A DNA stretch of 64,000 nt from Mobula hypostoma (Eukaryota). Shown piece after piece: positions 24,810-37,340 of this stretch. The stretch lies in contig NC_086097.1 in NCBI RefSeq assembly GCF_963921235.1, positions 172,670,001-172,734,000 on the forward strand, read 5' to 3'. The translations under genes were made by a program, and so were the position numbers. Positions within the stretch are counted from its first letter, which is position 1. Each line of letters starts with the position of its first letter. Below the pieces are notes generated by a model. The model did not search any database and had not been told where the DNA came from. It saw only the letters and a list, made by a program, of their open reading frames with translations.

Positions 24810-25200
24810 TCCCTCTAAGTCCCTCCTATCCACACACCTGTCCAAATGTGTTTTAGACATCGATATTCTACCTGTCTGAACCACATCCTCTGGCAGCTTC
24901 TTCCATATATGGACCACCTACAGTGTAAAAAAGTTGCCCCTCAGGTCCCTCTTATTTTTTTCTTCAATCTATGCCATTTAGCTTTTGATTCCTTTTCCCT
25001 GGGAAAGAAGAGACTCTATGCATTCTCCCTATATATGCCCTGGATGATTTTATACACTCTGATAATATCACCCCTTAGTCTCCTACACTCCAAGAAATAA
25101 AGTCCTAGTCTACCCAACCTTTCCCTATAACTCAGGCTTCCTGTCCTGGTAACGTTCTCAAGAATCTTTCCTGTACTTCTTCCAGCTTAATGACATTGAG
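24810..25200 (-). mobile_element. CR1 LINE 3' fragment
   Basis: 'VHIWKKLPEDVVQTGRISMSKTHLDRCVDR' is the CR1 ORF2 C-terminal W-x-x-L-P...L-D motif. Confidence 0.75.
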
Positions 25201-28106
25201 ATCTTTCTTCTATGTCTGAACTTAGTTAACACTCTGTCTTCCAACTCCATCCGTCCCTCTCTCCTACCTGGTTTCATCTGCCTATCATCCTCCCCCCACC
25301 CCCACCCATTGCTCTACCAATCATTCTGGGTCCATTTCACCACTGCTCTCCTTCTCTTTTCCCTGGACATTTCCCTCCTTCACTCGCAATTCTGAAGCAG
25401 GGTTTCAATCTGGAACATCGGTGATTCCTTCCACCCCCTCCCCACCACAGATGCTGATTGACCTGCTGAATTCCTCCAGCAGATTGGTTGTGTGCAGAAA
25501 TATCTTGTACACATCTTCTCTAGGGATTTAAACAAATAAATATAAGACCAGATCCACTCTTCTCTCTTAAAGCTTGATTGCTTCTTTCTCAAAGCTCACC
25601 AATTAGTTATCATAAGAAACAGATTTTCTCATTTTATCAGAATCCATTATCAGCATCTCAGAAAGCACAGACTTATCTCATTGACATTTTAGCTTACAAA
25701 TGCAACCTATTCTTCAACACTGAAGATAAAATATCAATCCTATGAAAACTTCCATAAATTCAGACATCTCTCCGTGAAATAACATAATGAAAAGGATTTT
25801 GCAATGCCGCAATATCAGGTGAAAACCTGTCACCAGACAAGATTACACTGATCCCTATTTTAATTTCCATCAGGCCCAAAGCTGATTTACCATATAACCT
25901 GGTGCCAACTCAATTAGTAATCCCTGAGATTCTGGAAGGGAAAATATTTGTGCTTAATGCTGTTTCAATTATAAATCCAATTACCTTCAAAATGTGAATT
26001 GCATTTTTTATTTAGCCAAGTGCTCTCAATTTTCGAAGCATTTTTGTCCTGTGACAAAAGATCTTAATGATTATTATTAAACTGAACAGTGTAAATAATT
26101 CGCAAGAATTTTTAAATGAAGAAAGGCGATAATGAGTGACTTCAATCTCAGAAGGCTATTCCCAAACTAAACCAATTTGCTGAAAGCTCTGAGTCGGACT
26201 CTATCCAATTATCCTGTGAGGTTCTTGCCAAATATTGTGAAGTTACCACCAGTATTTAAAGTATTACCTTACTTTCTAACAAGGCAACAAGATTAGATCT
26301 TCATCTTGGGTGCCAAAAGTGGAGGCAGAATCTGGAAATAATTTTAAAAGGAAAATTAGCATGCCCAAAAAGTTTGAAAAACTCTGCTGTCTATATCTTA
26401 AGACAAACCATTCCCTCTTCTCTCTTCTATCTCCTGGGAAAAGATACAGGGACTTGAAAGCACAGACATCCAGATTCAAGAGAATAGCTTTCTCTTCACT
26501 GCTATCAGATTTCAGAAGCAATCAGATTGTTTACGTCCCTTCCCAGTGTTGCTGCCATATTAGCAGGTTCTCAATTGTACATCTCTCCGATATTCCATTA
26601 CGGCCATTTTAGTATTTTTGAACTACTTTAGATTGCATTATAATTTTCTAGCAGCTTTTTATCAAGCTTTTGAGTGGACATCTTGTATGATAAAGAACTT
26701 CTGATCTCTCAATCTACCTCTTCATTGCTTTTCCACCTTATCTGACTATCTGCACTATCAGCACTGCACTTTCTCATCACCTTTGTCACTATATTTTGCA
26801 TTCTGTCATTATTTTTCCTTTGCACACCTCAATATGCTCACATATGGAATGGCATACAAACAAATGCTTTTTACCATATGTCAACACGCTTGACAAAAAT
26901 AAACTACAGTATTTACCTATTACAATTGCTATTTAATTAAGGGTCATGCACAGCCTGCTTTGGAGCAGGTCTGCTAGGTGTTTCTGAGCAACCCACCGCA
27001 CAAGGTGTATTCCGTACATAATAAGCCTGTGTGAACCCAACAACATGCACTCCAAGAGTTGGGACCTGTTTCTCCTTACATTACACTGAAGTAAGCCCCT
27101 TGTCTCTGTTGGACACATACAAAATTAATGAAAATTTGGAAAATTACCAACATGCCTGAGCCCACTTCATTCATACCAAACAGTGGACACACATCTGAAT
27201 TAATCTCATCTTCTATCACTTGGTCCAAACCTCTATGCCAAGGCTAGTTCGTAATACAATAAGTTAAACTCTTGAACTCACAGCCTCCCTGATTATGATC
27301 ATTCACTTCATGATTTACCTGAACTGCACTCTCTCTGTAGCAGTTATACATTATTCTGCATTGTTATTGTTTTACCTTGTTCTGCCTCAATGCATTATGT
27401 GATGATCTGATCTGTATGAACGGTATGTAAGAAAAGTTTTTCACATGTACATGTAACAATAATAAAACAATTCTAGTTCCAATTCACATGCTTGACTGGA
27501 CACTTCTTCAGTGCCATCAGGGAATCTGCTTCCACCACTCCCTCAGTGAGTGTATTCCAGGTACTGGTGAGAAAAGACCCCTTGTATCCTGTCTAAATCT
27601 CTTACTCCTTACCCTAAATGTAAGTCCTCTCACATAGAGAAAGCTTACCTGAAGTCTACCCTATCTATACCTCTCATAGTTTTTGTACCTCAATCATGTT
27701 CCTTCTTAACTTCTGGGAGAACAGACCGAATATCTCATAACTCTCAAGTCTCTCCTCATAACTGCTCCATCCCAGGCAATATTCCAGTAAACTTCCTCTG
27801 CATCCTCTTCATATGTCACACACAGGAAGAAGGATGAAAATCACAGCCTTTCTGCTATTTCAGAAATGAAGTGATTTGTGGTGAGGGCAAAACAGTGATG
27901 CTGAGGTAAGCGATAAGTCAGTTTTACTGGATCAGTGTCATAGTCTGGTCCGTGAAGTCCATGTTCCGGTTCACGGTCCGGTCCATGGTTTCTTGTTCTG
28001 GGGTTTCTGGTTTTCCCCAGTTTCTTTTGTGAGCACGTTTCTTGTTTTGGAGCTGAGACATAAATACCTCTGCAAACCAGGGATTCCCTGCTGGACTGTC
28101 CTGTTC

Positions 28107-28722
28107 CATAAGACCATAACACCATAAGACAAAGGAGCAGAAGTAAGCCATTCGGCCCATCGAGTCTGCTCCACCATTTTATCATGAGCTGATCCATTTT
28201 CCTATTTAGTCCCACTCCCCCGCCTTCTCACCATAACCTTTGATGCCCTGGCTACTCAGATACCTATCAATCTCTGCCTTAAATACACCCAATGACTTGG
28301 CCTCCACTGCTGCCTGTGGCAACAAATTCCATAGATTCACCACCCTCTGACTAAAAAACTTTCTTCGCATTTCTGTTCTGAATGGGCGCCCTTCAATCCT
28401 TAAGTCATGCCCTCTCGTACTAGACTCCCCCATCATGGGAAACAACTTTGCCACATCCACTCTGTCCGTGCCTTTCAACATTCGAAATGTTTCTATGAGG
28501 TCTCCCCTCATTCTTCTAAACTCCAAGGAATACAGTCCAAGAGCAGACAAATGTTCCTCATATGTTAACCCTCTCAATCCCGGAATCATTCTAGTGAATC
28601 TTCTCTGTACACTCTCCAATGTCAGCACATCCTTTCTTAAATAAGGAGACCAAAACTGCCCACAGTACTCCAAGTGAGGTCTCACCAGCGCCTTATAGAG
28701 CCTCAATATCACATCCCTGCTC
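28107..28722 (-). mobile_element. Young 5'-truncated CR1 LINE nested in the solo LTR
   Basis: Uninterrupted 173-aa ORF2 C-terminus 'LYKALVRPHLEYCGQFWSP...RGDLIETFR...FFSQRVVNLWN', ending in a (TATGG)-type tail. Confidence 0.92.
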
Positions 28723-28731
28723 ATCACATCA

Positions 28732-28970
28732 GAGCCTCAAGACCCCAAGCCTGTCTCCAAGCTCAAGCCTCAAGACCTCAAGCCTGTCTCCAAGCTCAAG
28801 CCTCAAGACCCCAAGCCTGTCTCCAAGCTCAAGACCAAGACTCCAGCCTGTTTCCAAGCTCAAGACCAAGACCCCAGCCTGTCTCCAAGCTCAAGCCTCG
28901 AGACCAGACCCCAGCCTCAAGCCTTAAGAACCCAAGCCTGTCTCCAAGCCTCAAGCCCCCAGCCTCCAGT
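28732..28970. repeat. Minisatellite, ~33-bp unit CAAGACCCCAAGCCTGTCTCCAAGCTCAAGCCT
   Basis: About seven degenerate tandem units. They explain the repetitive 'RPQACLQAQAS' and 'SSSLKTPSLSP' ORFs. Confidence 0.9.
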
Positions 28971-29559
28971 CCTGCAGTCATGTCATGTCCATGCCTGGTT
29001 CTGGGGCCCAAGCCGGAGGCAAGACCCAGGTTCTGGGTCCTTGTCCAGTCTCTGGCTTGGGGTCCAAGCCCTAGTCTGCGTTCTTGTCCCTGTTCCTTGT
29101 CTGTATCCTGTCATGTCCCTACTCTAGTCAAATCCTGTTCCTTGTACTTCAGTGTCTGTATCTTGTATTTGGGTCCACTACTAGCACCCCCTTTGTGACA
29201 ATCAGTGAGCAGGGACTAGGGGCTGAATGGCTTTTGTTTCTTATGTTCTTATGATTAGACAACTTACAAGGTGATGGCATAGTTCACGCAGAGCATAGAG
29301 TATTAGCCCCCATACCACGCTGGGAAAAAGTCATTGCCACCCTGGGAAAAACATCTCTGGCTATCCACCATATTTCTTCATATTTCTACCTCCTATCATT
29401 TTATTTCGCACTATCAAATCACCTCTCATCTACCTTCACTGCAAAGAGAAAAGCCCTGACTTACTCAATCTTTCCTCAAAAGACATATTCCCTGATCCAG
29501 GCAGCATCCTGATAAATCTCCTCTGAACCCTCTCTAAAACTTCCACATCCTTTCTATGA

Positions 29560-30406
29560 TGATTCAGATTCATATTCAATTGAAACATATGGTGAAGTGT
29601 GTCGTTTGCGTTAATAACCAACACAAACAATGGGCTGGGTGGGGGCAGTGTCTCCACACATTCTGACCCCAACACAGCATGCCCAAAATGTTCAGTAGAG
29701 TCACACAGAACACAACAAAACAGAATACAACAAGCAACAAAATAACAAAAAAAAAGCCCTGTTCATCCCTGCTCAGACATAGTCCTCCAACTGCAGGACA
29801 GGCCGTCTCCACCCTCCAGACTCCAGAGGACTCCTGGACCCACAGAACTTGGGCCATTAGCCTCCCCGATGGACTCACAGAATCAGGGCTCAGACATCAG
29901 GCCACAGCATCTGGATTCTGATCGACCTTCGAGCTTTGATCTTCAGTAACTACTACAGGACTCGCTAATAGCAACGAGTGAGGACTTTGGATGAGGGCCT
30001 TGAACTACAGTCTCCAAGCTCGTGTACCAAGGGGGGGAGGGTCACCAGTTGCCATGCCTCCTGTCCCCGTGGAACTCTGATCCTGGCACACACAGATGAC
30101 TCATAAACCTGGGGGTAGGTGGCATCAGCCCTCATCCTCACAGATGTGCCAACCCGACATCTGATCACAGATGTTCTTTATCACACGACCATGTTGCTGG
30201 CTTTTAAATACAGAGGACGGAGCACTGAACAGAGATCTAGAGTCTGAACTGACTTCTAACTTCCCCTTATCCCTGCAATAAACCCTAATCTGACCTCTAA
30301 CTTCCTGCTCAGTCCCCAGAGACATCCCTACAAACCTCAAATTTAACTAAGTCTGAGCCACACCATCAATGGAGACTACTTCTTGGCACCATCTTGACCA
30401 GAAGTC
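29560..30406 (-). mobile_element. Non-autonomous retroposon inserted in a CR1 fragment (CR1 at ~29330-29560 and ~30407-30620)
   Basis: Minus-strand 5' end GACTTCTGGTCAAGATGGTG and a (TGAATC)-like tail. CR1 ('RKDVEVLERVQRRFIRMLPG') continues on both sides. Confidence 0.6.
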
Positions 30407-31501
30407 CAGGCCAGAACTGAACACAATACTCTAAGTGTGGTCTAAACAGAGCTTTATAGAGCTGTAACATTACCTCATAGCTTTTGACCTCAATCCACTA
30501 ACTAATGAAGGCCAACACATCATTTGTCTTCTTAACCACACTATTAAACTGTGTAGCAGCATTGAGGGATTTATGGATGTGGATGCCAAGATCCCTTTGT
30601 TCCTCCACACTGCTAAGAATACAAATACTGTACATGCTTCCTTGTTTTGTATAGAGTTCCGAAGGCACGTTCCATCAGAATTTTCATGACTAATGGAGTT
30701 CAACCTGTTTGGTCACATCCAATGAAAGCATTTTCTCAATTTACTTAATACTTTCTGTGAATTATCTCTTCTCTTTCCTCGTCTATGGAGTTAAAGCTAA
30801 TAATCCTCTTCAGTTTCCTCACCTTTGTAGCATCTTCCTCTGGAAAATGCAGAGTGTCACAATCTTGCAAGATTAATGCTGCTGCCTCAAGCATCAGTGA
30901 CCTGAGTTCATTCCTGAGCTCCACTTGCTTTCTCTGCTTGCTCTCTGTAGCTGTGTGGGTTTCCCTGGGTGCCCCTGTTTCCTCCCACATCCAAAGGGCT
31001 CAGTATAAGTTATGCCTTACTGTAGATGGGTGACAAAAGAAGAATCAAAGGGAGTTGGTGGACAAGTGAAAGGGAGTGGGGTGCATGGAAACAAGAAGAG
31101 GGATGCGACAAATAGGGTTGCTCTGGCATGAGCTAGAATGGACTCAAGGGGGCCGAATGGTCTGCTTCAGTGTTTTTAATAAGAATATTACCATTTGAAC
31201 TCTTTATATCATATATATAAGGGGCAACCAGTTGTTTAGGATGGAGCACACTCACCTCTGAATGAACTATTTTGTATTCACATCTCACTTTCCAGCAACA
31301 CTAGAACAGGAGCCAGTCATTTAGACCCTTGAGCCTTTTCTGCCATTCATTGAAGTATTGGCTACTTTGTGATCTGCCTTCAGAGACTTGACAATTCCCC
31401 AGATCCTTTAATAATTTGGCTAACAAAAATCTATCAATCATGGCTCTAAAATTATTGATGATCCAGCATTAGTTACTGTTTACACTAGGGAGTTCTTAGG
31501 G

Positions 31502-31693
31502 CAGGGATGGCCAACCTTTTACATTCCATGCACCAATTTTTTCACTCACGAGTTCAGATGCACCATACAACCCTTGTACCCCCATTCAATTCTTGTAAAA
31601 ATATGTTAGTATAGAACCCGTTAATGAAAAAATCGCATCTGAACTCGTGCGTGAAAAAATTGAGCATGGAATGTAAAAGGTTGGCCACCCCTG
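31502..31693. mobile_element. hAT-superfamily MITE (192 bp)
   Basis: About 60-bp terminal inverted repeats beginning CAGGGATGGCCAACC / GGTTGGCCACCCCTG. An 8-bp TSD TCTTAGGG lies at 31494-31501 and 31694-31701. Confidence 0.93.
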
Positions 31694-31943
31694 TCTTAGG
31701 GTTTTACAATACAGGATATTGAAATCCAGGCTGACTTCCTTGTGTGTTGCAGAAACATAACTACCATGATATATTTTAAATTAGATATTAAACCAAGACC
31801 CATCTGTTCCCTTAATTTCTCATATACTAGTTTTGAATTCTTAACAAGGAGTACTGTAATTTTATAATTACGGGAAGAACTTAGAATTGTAAGCAAAGTT
31901 GAATCACAATCTAGAGAAATTCTGCAGAGGCTGGAAATCCAAA

Positions 31944-32063
31944 GCAACACACAAAAAATGCTGAAGGAACTTAGCAGGCCAGGTAGCATCTATGGAAAAG
32001 AGTACTCCTTGTCATAGATGCTGTCTGGCCTGCTGAGTTCCTCCAGCATTTTTTATGTGTTGC
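31944..32063. repeat. Fold-back of two inverted Penelope 3'-end segments
   Basis: Two 51-nt arms (31944-31994 and 32013-32063) differing at 5 positions, with an 18-nt spacer. Confidence 0.85.
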
Positions 32064-32152
32064 CAAGTTGGATCACTCTAGGATTACTTATACAGACTTT
32101 AAAAAAAGTTCAGTTTTTCCAGAAATCTCACACACCTTTTTTGTCAAACAAT

Positions 32153-32803
32153 AAGAAAAGATAGCAGCGCACAGCAGCCACTCCTGAATGAATATCTGTT
32201 ATTTGTTAAGTAGGATGCCGTGCACAATCCTGATTTGATGGAGATGGACGTGAAAAGCATGGAGGAACATCTGGTGAAACTTCTGAAATGCCTGTTTCGC
32301 TGCCACTGCTACTGTGCGATCGAGAATCTCCGGAGGTGAAGGCCCCAAATCCTCAGCCTGTTGCTTGGCGGCAGGGCTGGGGTCGAAGCGCTCGGCAGAG
32401 ATGGTGCACGGTGCTCAGTGTCGGAGGCTCGAAGTTTTCGGACGTACTCAGAGTAGGCTGTGGTTGGATGATTCCAGGTTGCTGCATCAGCAAGTTTGTG
32501 GCGTTGGAGGTTTATGGCAGGAAGAGTTTTTCTTCCTTCTACCATCTGCGTGAGATGATGGAGCTATCGGGACTTTGAGACTTTTTTTTTTACCATGCCC
32601 ATGGTCTGCTCTTTATCAAATTACGGTATTGCTTTGCACTGTTGTAACTGTATGTTATAATTATGTGGTTTTTGTCAGTTTTAGTCTTGGTCTGTCTTGT
32701 GTTTCTGTGAGATCATACTGGAAGAACATTGTATCATTTCTTAATGCATGCATTACTAAATGACAATAAACGAGGACTGTGTGTCCTCATAATCTAATCT
32801 AAT
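32153..32803 (+). mobile_element. ~650-bp non-autonomous SINE-like retroposon, copy 1 of 3
   Basis: Colinear with 44099-44753 (-) and 57855-58541 (+). Ends AATAAA...CTCATAATCTAATCTAAT. Confidence 0.85.
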
Positions 32804-33602
32804 ATGCTTTATCGATATTTATTTCAGACTGTCAAATTTGTTTCATTTCAGCATATAGCAAATTCCTTTCAGTATTACTACACACTCACTTTCTTTCCCC
32901 CATATGATCTTCCTTCTTTCCCTCCTTCCTCTCTTCTTCCCTCCTTTCTTTTCACTCTTTCTTCTTTCCTCCAGCCCTCTTTTTTTCCACCAAACCTTCA
33001 TTCCTCTTTCTCTCTCTCCCTCCATTGCCTAATGGAAGGATGTGTCTAACCTGACTACAATTATTGATCCTGCAATTTTTTTGCACAGTTTCCCCGGAAC
33101 ACAGACAGATAAAGATGAATAGATGATTATATGATGTAGATAAAACTCATTTTCTACAGTGTTTGGGTAAAACTGATGGGACGTCAATGCTAAATAAACA
33201 AGCAATCTCCTGTCTTGCTCAGTGGATGCTTATCATGCGTAAAGCAGACTGGGGATTCAGGGCTGCAACCGTAAAATTAAAGACAGATTCTGGAAGTAGT
33301 AAAGGAGAGAAGCAATAACTGCTGTTCTCTGTAGCATTTTTATCTGATTTCAGCTGTTTGAGAGGCAGGGTTGACAAGTGCAAATTTTGAAGGGATGAAG
33401 GTCAGCTTCTTGTTTAATAAATGACAGGTTGGAGGCAGAGCATCAAAGATCAAAGCTTTGTCACAGAGATTGAAAATGATTCAGGCGGAGCCTGAATCTT
33501 ATGTATTATATAATAATACATACATGAGATAACTTGAGACCAATACATATTGGTGTTGAGAGGCATCCTCTTTTGAGTTGGAATTTATAGCTAAGTAAGA
33601 AG

Positions 33603-33851
33603 TGTAGTGTATTCAATATTTCAGTAATACTTGAGTAATATTGTAAATATACTGTTTGATTAAGCATTCTTGATTTGTTTGCATAATGCACTGTGGGTTA
33701 CATGTAAGAAGTATGTGAATGGCATACGTCATTACGTCATCAGGTCATATGCGAGCGCCTCACTAAATAAAAGGGGGGAAGTCTCAGTCGGCAAGTATCC
33801 CGACTCCTGTGTTTTTCTTTTGGTTAGTTTCCGGAGCTGCAAAACATAACA
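33603..33851 (+). mobile_element. LTR (about 250 bp), probably with a short adjoining 3' internal remnant (~33500-33602)
   Basis: Termini TGTAGTG...CATAACA, an internal AATAAA, and a purine-rich PPT-like stretch immediately upstream. No TSD found. Confidence 0.55.
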
Positions 33852-34980
33852 GATTGCAAAGTTTCTGAGCAGACCTGCTGCAAGATCAGAGAGTTGAAGA
33901 CAAGTTGAGGGGCCAAGTGGCCCACTACTGCTTCCATTTTCTTGTGTTCTGGTGATATAGTGATGAGAAATATTACAGTGGCAGAGGGAATTAATACCCC
34001 CTGCGACTGCCTATCTCTGAATGTAGGTATTTAGATAAAGTGACATTATGTCCAAATATCAACGTACAGGGATCTGCAGTCCATTGTATCCCAGAAACCA
34101 GTTTAATATTCATCTGTACAGTGTAGCTTGAAAGGTAGAGATGTAAACTGACAATCCTTCAATATGAAGTAATTGTGTTGATTATTCCATGAATATTTAA
34201 CTTTGCTTCACAGTATTTCATATCCTGTACACATTTTTGAACTTCATCCCCAGGCACTCCATTTCACAGTGCTATAAAGACCCCACTCACTGTAGGTAAA
34301 TCCAAAAATCTTAGATTTAATGGACGGGTTTAAGAGTGCAACTTTTCTGCCAAGTAGAGGCTTGCCTTTATATTGTGCTTTCACAAACTCAGAACTGAAT
34401 TGCAACTCCTTAGAGAAATTAAACTGTCTCCTGTAGGAGCAGTCACTGCAAGCTCTCAGTTAGAACAATAAAAAAAATCTAGCAGCTTTTACAATCCCGT
34501 TTATTTGGTCTTATTAAAAAAGTCTCTTTTTAAATTTTCTTTTGCATACACTGTCATTGGACAGTTGAAACATAGCACCCGAAGCTCTCTGACCACATGA
34601 TCTCACAAAAGAGAACTGAAGTCAATCAGCTGGCAAGGACATGCAGAGATACAGCAACAGAATACAAAAGCTTGGTGACCCACTTCTGTCTATTGGTTGG
34701 CCCACTATCCAAACTCAGTGATAAGTTTGTTCAATGTTCTTTGTTGCATTGTTTCTTTTCACTCAGATGCTTTATATCACTGAAAAAAGACCCCAAAGGA
34801 TGTAACATATTCTGATAGATTTTGACAGATTTTAAAAATGGGCTTATTGTGCCTTGCTGTATTTCCAAATGTCCAGCCAATTGGATATCTGCACTTCAAA
34901 TATCCGTCCAAATATCTGTGCAAATTTGAATAATCTGAAAATTAATATCACAGCCAAGAAAGCACACTAACAGCCCTACT

Positions 34981-35423
34981 TTGGGGTTGTAGTCGACAGG
35001 GAGGAAAGCTATCTTGACTTGCAGGGGAATCCGCATCAGCTGGAATAAATGGGTTGAAAAATGGCAGATAGAATTTAATACAGACAAGTGCGAGATTTTG
35101 CACTTCAGTAGAACCAACCAGGGCAGATCTTACAAAGTGAATGGTAGGATACTGAGGAGTGTGGTACCAAAAAGAAATCTGGGAATACAGGTACATAATT
35201 CATTGAAAGTGGCATCACAGGTAGGTAGGGTCGTAAAGAAAGCTTTTTGCACACTGGCCTTCATGGGGTGTTATGTTGAAGTTGTATAAGATGTTCGTGA
35301 GGCCTAATTTGGAATAGCGTGAGCAGTTTTGGTCACCTACCTACAGAAAAGATGTAAACAAGGTTGAAGAAGTACAGAGAAAATTTATAAGGATGTTGCT
35401 GGGTTTGGAGGACATGAGTTTTA
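34981..35423 (+). repeat. Inverted local duplicate of the CR1 segment 36111-36545
   Basis: Near-identical reverse complement. Both copies share an internal deletion (CTTCATGGGGTGTTATG) and the lesion GGAATAGCGTGAGCAG. Confidence 0.9.
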
Positions 35424-35598
35424 CTCACTCAAGGATCTAAAGAAATTCAGCATGTCCCTGTCAACTCTAACCAATTTTTATCAATGCACCTAAGAAAGGT
35501 TTCTTTCTGGATGAATAACGGCTTGGTATGGCAGCTGTTCTGCACATAGAGTCATAGAGAAGTACAGTACAAAAACACACCCTTCGGCCCTTTTAATC

Positions 35599-35743
35599 CA
35601 TGTACTTGCCAGCTGATTGACCAGTTCTCTTTTGTGAAATAATGTGGTCAGAGAGCTTCTGGTGCTATGTTACAACTGTCCAATGACAGTGTATGCAAAA
35701 GAAAATTAAAAAAGAGACTTTATTTAATGAGACTAAAAATGGA
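35599..35743 (-). repeat. Inverted duplicate of non-repeat sequence 34497-34643
   Basis: The reverse complement aligns over ~145 nt. It is flanked by the near-duplication CCTTTTAATCCAT (35589-35601) / CCTTTTAGTCCAT (35744-35756). Confidence 0.9.
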
Positions 35744-37340
35744 CCTTTTAGTCCATTCCGTCTGCCTACTCCCATCACCCTGCACTGGGACCATAGCCGT
35801 CCCTATCCCAACAATCCATGTACCTATCCAAACTTCTCTTAAACATTGAAATGGAGCTCACATGCCGGAAGCTCATTCCACGCTCTCCTGGCCCTCTGAG
35901 TGAAGACGTTTCTCCTCATGTTCCACTTAAACTTCCCAACTTTCACCCTTAATCTATGATCTCCAGTTGTAGTCCCATCCAACCTCAGTAGAAAGAGCCT
36001 GCTTGTATTTACTCTATCTATACCCCTCATAATTTTGTATACTTCTATCAAATCTCCTTTCAATCTTCTAAGCTCTAAAGAATATAGTCCTAACCCATTC
36101 AATCTTTCCTTAAAACTCATGTCCTCCAAACCCAGCAACATCTTTATAAATTTTCTCTGTACTCTTTCAACCTTGTTTACATCTTTCCTGTAGGTAGGTG
36201 ACCAAAACTGCTCACGCTATTCCAAATTAGGCCTCACGAACATCTTATACAACTTCAACATAACACCCCATGAAGGCCAGTGTGCAAAAAGCTTTCTTTA
36301 CGACTCTGTGATGCCACTTTCAATGAATTATGTACCTGTATTCCCAGATTTCTTTTTTGTACCACACTCCTCAGCACCCTACCATTCACTTTGTAAGATC
36401 TGCCCTGGTTGGTTCTACTGAAGTGCAAAATCTCGCACTTGTCTGCATTAAATTCCATCTGCCATTTTTCATCCCATTTATTCCAGCTGATGTAGATCCC
36501 TCTGCAAGTCAAGATAGCCTTCCTCCCTGTCAACTACAACCCCAATCTTGGTGTCATCCGCAAGTTTGCTGATCCAATTAACCAGATTATCATCCAGATT
36601 ATTGATATAGATGAAAAACAACAAAGGACCGGACACTAATCCCTGCAGCACTCCCCTCGTCCAGGCCTCCAGACAGAGAGGCAACCATCTACTACCATTC
36701 CCTGGCTTCTCCCACAAAACCAAAATCTAATCTAATTTACCTCCTCATCCAGAATGCCAAGCGACTGAACCTTCTTGACCAGCCTCCCATGTGGGACCTT
36801 GTAAAATGCCTTACTGAAGCCCATGTTCACAACATCCTCCATTGCCTTGCTTTCATCAACATTCCTGGTAACTTCCTCCAAAAACTCTGTAAGTTTGGTT
36901 AGACATGGCCTACCACGCATGAAGCCATGCTGACTATCCTTAATCAGTCCATCTCTATCCAAATACTTGTATATCCAGTCCCTTAGAATACCTTCCAATA
37001 ACTTTCCCACAATTGATGTCAGACTCACTGTAATTTCCTGGTTTCTGTTTAGGGCCTTTTTTAAAACAGCAGAACAACATTGACTATCCTCCAATTCTCT
37101 GTTACCTCTCCTGTTGCAAAGGATGTTTAAAATATCTCTGCTAGAGCCCCATCAATTTCAGTACTTGCCTCCTGTAGGTTCTGAGGGAATACGTTGTCAG
37201 GCACTGGGGATTTATCCATGCTGATTTGCCTCAGGGTAGCAAACACCTCCCCCTCTGTAATCTGTACATGGTCCATGAAGATGATGCCATTTTGCCTCAC
37301 TTCTATAGATTCTGTATCCATCTGCCGAGTAAATACAGAT

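Larger units (their letters stand above)
27936..29200 (+). mobile_element. Solo LTR with internal minisatellite, interrupted by a CR1
   Basis: Termini TGTCA...TGACA. A 5-bp TSD ATCAG lies at 27931-27935 and 29201-29205. Confidence 0.8.

Noticed and set aside
28619-29198. Repetitive ORFs, or a CRISPR-like array
   Set aside because: It is a tandem minisatellite with no unique spacers, inside a solo LTR in eukaryotic DNA.
30745-30990. Protein-like ORF or 17-nt microexon (ccag|AGGAAGATGCTACAAAG|gtgagg)
   Set aside because: The ORF starts in SINE-like sequence, the pyrimidine tract is short and no homology was recognised.
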